64,000 nucleotides of DNA, from NCBI GenBank assembly GCA_043228905.1, contig JBHGNT010000011.1, positions 16,926,001-16,990,000 of the forward strand, in the 5' to 3' direction. The notes under the pieces were generated by a model. The model made no database searches. It worked only from the letters and a program-made list of their open reading frames with translations, and had not been told where the DNA came from. Below, in pieces: positions 59,137 through 64,000 of this stretch. Position numbers and translations under genes: made by a program. Origin of the DNA: Azolla caroliniana (lineage: Eukaryota; Plantae; Polypodiophyta). Positions within the stretch are counted from its first letter, which is position 1; every line of letters begins with the position of its first letter.

Positions 59137-60299
59137 TATTGCTATTTCACCTCTCTGCCATACACAATTTCTAAACATATACCTTTGCAAAATACAAACA
59201 CAATGTGCATTGATAGCAACGATAAAAAGATTTTTTTTTACCTGCTAGTAAACGGACTTTCTTGGCCAATTTACTTTTGAGTTTGCGAATGCTTGAGAAA
59301 ATCAAATGACTAAAAAGTGATGCACATTGTAATGCACATGATTGGTCAAATGTTTGTAGGTTTGATATGAGAACATTTTGTTCACGAGCTTAGTTTATAT
59401 GTTCATTCATGTTATGTCTTCATATTTGTGAATGCAACATTTCTTTATGTGTAGGAAACCATCTTGCATTAATTCTTGGTTTGAATGATTGATTTACGAT
59501 TCTGCAAAGGAAGAATAATGTAAAATCAATTTTATTTGTGAATCCACTTGCACCACCTTTTTTTCTTGAAGACCCATCATGGAAGGTTCGGCCAAATATT
59601 TAATGGTCCAATTCTTTTAGAGCAATGCTCAAGCATTTTGTGGTTAACCCCACATATGACTATAGTTATTGTGCTATTGATTTGAAATGCTTTAGGTTGA
59701 TGACAAGGGCAAAGTTGTTTAGTACAAGCATACATGGATAAAGTAATAGAGGCCACATTAGCTCATGGACAATTGACGACCATTCAATTGGTCGTCCCAA
59801 ACACGATAGAATTAGCATCAAGACTACCCTAGGTTCTACACTCATATTTGTCCTTAGTGTTATTTGTGTCAAGAGCTCCCCATTCACATATAGAATATGT
59901 ATGACTATATTCGTAATGGTGTGGTGCCAAACCTCAATGTATGTTATGATGCATTTCTTTCACAGTATGAAACACGGGGAAGTCGTCATGCCAACTAACA
60001 TGGGTAATTAGTGTATTTCTTTTCTTTGGACTTGCCTTCATGAACTATTTAAAGTGTATCATCAAAGCAAAAGCAAGATTCACTTTGTCGATGATTCAAT
60101 TTCAACCGGCTAATCTTGTTCATCTCTCATGGCATTCCGTCCCATTTAACACAATGCTAGGATCCATTGCCCCCATGAATTGATGTATTTTATTTATACT
60201 GCTAGAATCTAGATTGATGTCTGCAATGATATCAAGTGGTATTCATTTCTTATCATGAGGTCACAAGTGTATTGTCTAGTGAAAGAATGAATTAGTTCT

Positions 60300-61304
60300 A
60301 GACAACCATAGATTACGATTGCAGTTATCTACAACACCTACGAAGTGCGCCAATTAGAGTGGTTGCTAAAACTGGAAAGAAATGGATGTGCGATCCTTAT
60401 CCTTCAATTGCTCATATGTGTGATATGTTGTGGTTATACGCAAAAGACCTTGTTGCAAAATTAACATGGGATTCGGGGGGTTGATTTTGGTCACATTCCT
60501 TGGTGGAACAGACCATAAAGGTTCCCTTCTTTTAGTACTCAGTGAAACTTGAAAGATCATTACTGCTCTCTCGGAATGCAACGATACAAGCAACTCAGAA
60601 ACATTGGACCACCTAGGAGGTCTCAACTTTGCATTTGAAAACCTATTGGAGATGGATTTGGTCATTTAAGGGGCCAACTAAATTTATTCTCTTCAGATGG
60701 CTCTTAGTGCATACAACATTACCAATTGGTCATTCATTGAAATGGAATGTAATACCCAATCTTCGACAATGTGGCTTTTGCCATGAAGCTCAGGAGACTG
60801 CCAAGCATGTCCTTTGGTATTGTCCCTTGGCTCAACAAGTATGGAATAAAGCCCTTTCGTTATTCTTAACAATCAATGTCGACTGGCTATTTTCATGGGG
60901 ATCAGTGATGTGGGGAATGTTACATTCTAACTTGATGTTGTATGAGGCAGATGATGTTCAAGAGGCAATGATGGTACATAATAGAAGATTGATATTAGTT
61001 AGCCCCTTTCAACACCCTCGAAAGCAGGCGTGATCTATCAGGGTTTGGAAAACAATGACTACGATAACATTATGGGAATTATGGAAATGTTGACGCAACC
61101 AACTTTATGATGCGACAGATCAATGTCTCTCAAGTGTCTTGCTTGAGATGTGGGAAAACTTGTTGATAGTAATCCGTGGGCCAATATGACAATATGCATG
61201 GTTCCCTAGAGACTGTGAATAAGAGAAGGAAAAAGATTCCTCACTTATGGAAAAAGTTGCCCCTGTTTATAGAGTCAACTCAAGGGCCTCGATGCCACTA
61301 CCGT
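60300..61304 (+). mobile_element. Degenerate L1/Tx1-like LINE C-terminus (zf-RVT), interrupted by the Gypsy element
   Basis: YWRWIWSFKGPTKFILFRWLLVH...CGFCHEAQETAKHVLWYCP; start approximate. Confidence 0.85.
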
Positions 61305-64000
61305 TGTCGTGAAGAAAACCGTCCCTTAGCGCAATCGGTGTATAGCGCGCGTGAACCGGCTCTTCACGCGTGCGCGCCCTTTAATGTATATAATAGGGAA
61401 TTAAGTACATAGGCATATCCGGGGGTAGTTAGATTCGGTAGGTAGGAAGTAAATGAGGGAGACGGCTCCCTTCCTGAAGCTATAAAGGAGAGGGAGACAC
61501 GGGGAGAAAGGGATCGCGCATTAAGGAGGACGAAGTGCTGTCGGACCGTAACCGAACGCTTCTCCTCTGTTCGTTCTCCATCGCTCTTCTCTGCAGGGTT
61601 TCGGGAGGCTCGCACTGCTTCGAGGAACGCCCGTGTGCTTCCGGCAACACCTCCACCCTTTTCTCCTTTCGTGCGTAGACGAACAAGCATCGGCATCTGT
61701 TCGCCGGCCTGTTTGGTTGTAACCGCTTGCGTGCTTTGTTGTGTATTTGATATTCGTTAATATACAAACACTTGTGTCTCCCTGTCTCTATGTCCATTCG
61801 CGTCTTCTGTGTTGACGGGCCGTGCCACCTGTGTTTCTTTGCTCATACGTGACCGGGCGTCTCTCTCTTTCCCTTTCCCCTTCTATCACCTGCTCTTCGG
61901 TTCAAGACCCCGGTGGTACCACCTCGTTTCTCCACGCACGCGCGTAGCAACGTGACATATTTGGTGAACCCGACGTGAACAAGGCGGCAGAGGAGCAGAA
62001 GATGAGGGGGTCGGATCTTGCAAAGGCCATGGCTTCGGCCGTGGACCGGATAGTGATCGCGCGCGAGGGCACCGGTGCCCTTGACAGGGCTATTGAGGCG
62101 ATCGTCGGTATGATCGACCGGTTCAGTGGAAAGGATGCCACGAGTTATTTGGCGTCCTACCGGGCGGAGATGTTGATGAGGGATATTCCGGAAGAGAGGC
62201 ATCTTGCCGGATTCCCTCGAGTGGCGATGCCGGGCATCCATGCGGAGGTGCTCGAGATCCGGGCGGAGAGCCGAACCTGGGAGGAGTTCGAAGGACGGCT
62301 CCTGGAGAAATACGGGCTGGATGACGCGCTTCGACTTTCGAAGTGGGGCTTCATGGAGTGGGTGGAGTCCCCCAACAAAGGAAGAAATGCGTCGGTACTC
62401 CTCCGGGAGTTTGAGGAACGCTTTGCGCGCCTTTCGGCGCTCGATCGGACCGTCCTGGACACAAGTCGTGTCCTACTGTTTGTCAAATCGGTTGACGCAC
62501 GGGATCGGGGGCAAGTTGGCTCCTTACTGGAAACCGAAGACGGGCTGACGGCCGACTGGGCCGCGGTAAAAAGAGTCTGCGGCCGTTTTGACAAACGGTG
62601 GGAGTGGGCTGATACAGGGGCGACCAAGGCGGGACCTGTCGCAGCAAGGAAGCTCGAACCGAGACCCAGGAGTGGCTCGAAACTGGTTCGTCTTCGACCG
62701 GCGTGATTAGAGGCTCGTCCGGGGGAACAGCTCTGGAGGAGTTGACACGAGCGGTAAAGGATCTCCAGATCGCCCAGGCTCGGAGGGAAGGCGGCGATCA
62801 GGCTCGTGACCAACGGCCTCCAGCAGGGAGTAGGTGCATGTGGTGCGACGAGGTCGGCCACATTCGGAAAGACTGCGGGGACTTTATGGAGGCTTTGAGA
62901 AGCCGGGTAGTGTACCTGTGGGAAGGTCGGGTGCACGCCAACGATACCCGGAGGGCCCTGAACCGAAACGATGGGCGAGGAGGAATGAAAAGGCTGATGG
63001 AAGAGGCGGCAGCCCGGCACGCGGAGACCGTCCACTACTCAGCGTCAGCCGGTATTCGGGTCGGAGGCAGTGAGGCTCGGAAGGCGAGCAAAGCCGAGTT
63101 CTGGCCGACGGTGCTGGAAGGCCTCGCCGGTGCCCGACTAAAGAGAGACGAGGTGGACCGCACGGAGAAGCGGGTCCAAGAGGTAACCGGGTGGAGTGAC
63201 CCGGTCGAAGAAAAGACGGGTTTCGTCAAAGCAGCTTGCCAGAACTACGAGGCTTTGGTTGAAGACAAACGGGTAGGTAAAACCGGAGGGGCCGGACCCT
63301 CACAGAGATACGAAACCCGATTCGGGTCGAAACGGAACGAGGCCGGTGAGTCCAGTGCCCGGGATAACCACAAGAAGGGCGGATACCGTTTGGGCACGGA
63401 GATCGAAAGGACCACGGACCTACGAAAGGTCCTGGAAGAACGAATCCTCGACAGCAAAGTAGAACTGTCGTTGCGGGAGGTGCTCGGAATCGCCAAGAAG
63501 GAGTTCCACGACTCCATCGTAGACTTGGTGAAGAGGAAGAGGCTGTCGACGGAGGCAGAACCGGAAAGGCCGGCGGAGGTGCGGACGACGCACATAGAGG
63601 ACATGGCGTTGGAAGACGAGTGGGCGGAGAGCCACTATTCGAGGCCACACTGGGCCCGAGCGACCACGGAAACCCCAATGAAGATCGGAGATGTTCAGGA
63701 ACCGGTGGTGGCGTTGGTGGACCACGGTTCGGAAATAAACCTGATGTCCATGGACTTCTACAAGAAGGGGAAATGGCCGATCAACACCAAGCACGGGTGG
63801 AAGATACGGGCAACGACGTGCGCCACCGAGGAACTACACGGGGCCTGCCCAAACGTGCGAGTCAAGATCGGCGAAGTCGAGATAGACCAGCACTTCTTTG
63901 TGCAGGAGACGTCCTCGCACCCGGTCATACTGGGAGAACCGTACATTACGGCAACGCGAATGGAGACCAAGGTGCTGGACAAGGGGCGGCTTACGCGAGG
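61305..64000 (+). mobile_element. Ty3/Gypsy LTR retrotransposon (5' LTR, tRNA-Trp PBS, gag, protease), runs off the window
   Basis: LTR TGTCGTGAAGA (61305)...GTGACA (61957); PBS 61962-61979; gag from ~62002 with a frameshift near 62650; zinc knuckle CMWCDEVGHIRKDC; protease-like ALVDHGSEINLM; second frame open to the window end. Confidence 0.93.
61962..61979 (+). promoter_or_regulatory. Primer-binding site complementary to tRNA-Trp
   Basis: TGGTGAACCCGACGTGAA is the reverse complement of the plant tRNA-Trp 3' end (...TTCACGTCGGGTTCACCA), 4 nt after the LTR. Confidence 0.85.

Noticed and set aside
61843-63982. Long antisense ORFs (e.g. 62157-63035, 292 aa)
   Set aside because: Expected from the high GC content opposite gag-protease; no domain signatures.

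Overview
AT-rich, repeat-dense eukaryotic nuclear DNA, very likely from a leptosporangiate fern (fern-type PHY2/4 phytochrome, intronless PLS-class PPR, bryophyte/lycophyte-type Gypsy element). Five genes are supported: the last two exons of a bark-storage-protein/PNP-UDP phosphorylase gene (+), a complete 7-exon group I calcium-dependent protein kinase (+), a 743-aa PLS-PPR gene with a truncated E domain (+), a complete 4-exon phytochrome (-), and the first exon of an unknown protein with three C-x4-C-x(n)-C-x3-H repeats (+). The rest is nested transposon debris: L1/Tx1- and RTE-like LINE remnants, Copia fragments, solo LTRs with target-site duplications (TSDs), a MULE-like MITE, a hAT-like MITE, and a GC-rich Gypsy element primed by tRNA-Trp. 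The most unusual items are a TSD-flanked palindromic element built from two inverted LTR U3 halves (11181-12954) and the orphan zinc-finger-repeat gene. All calls are by eye, with no database search.
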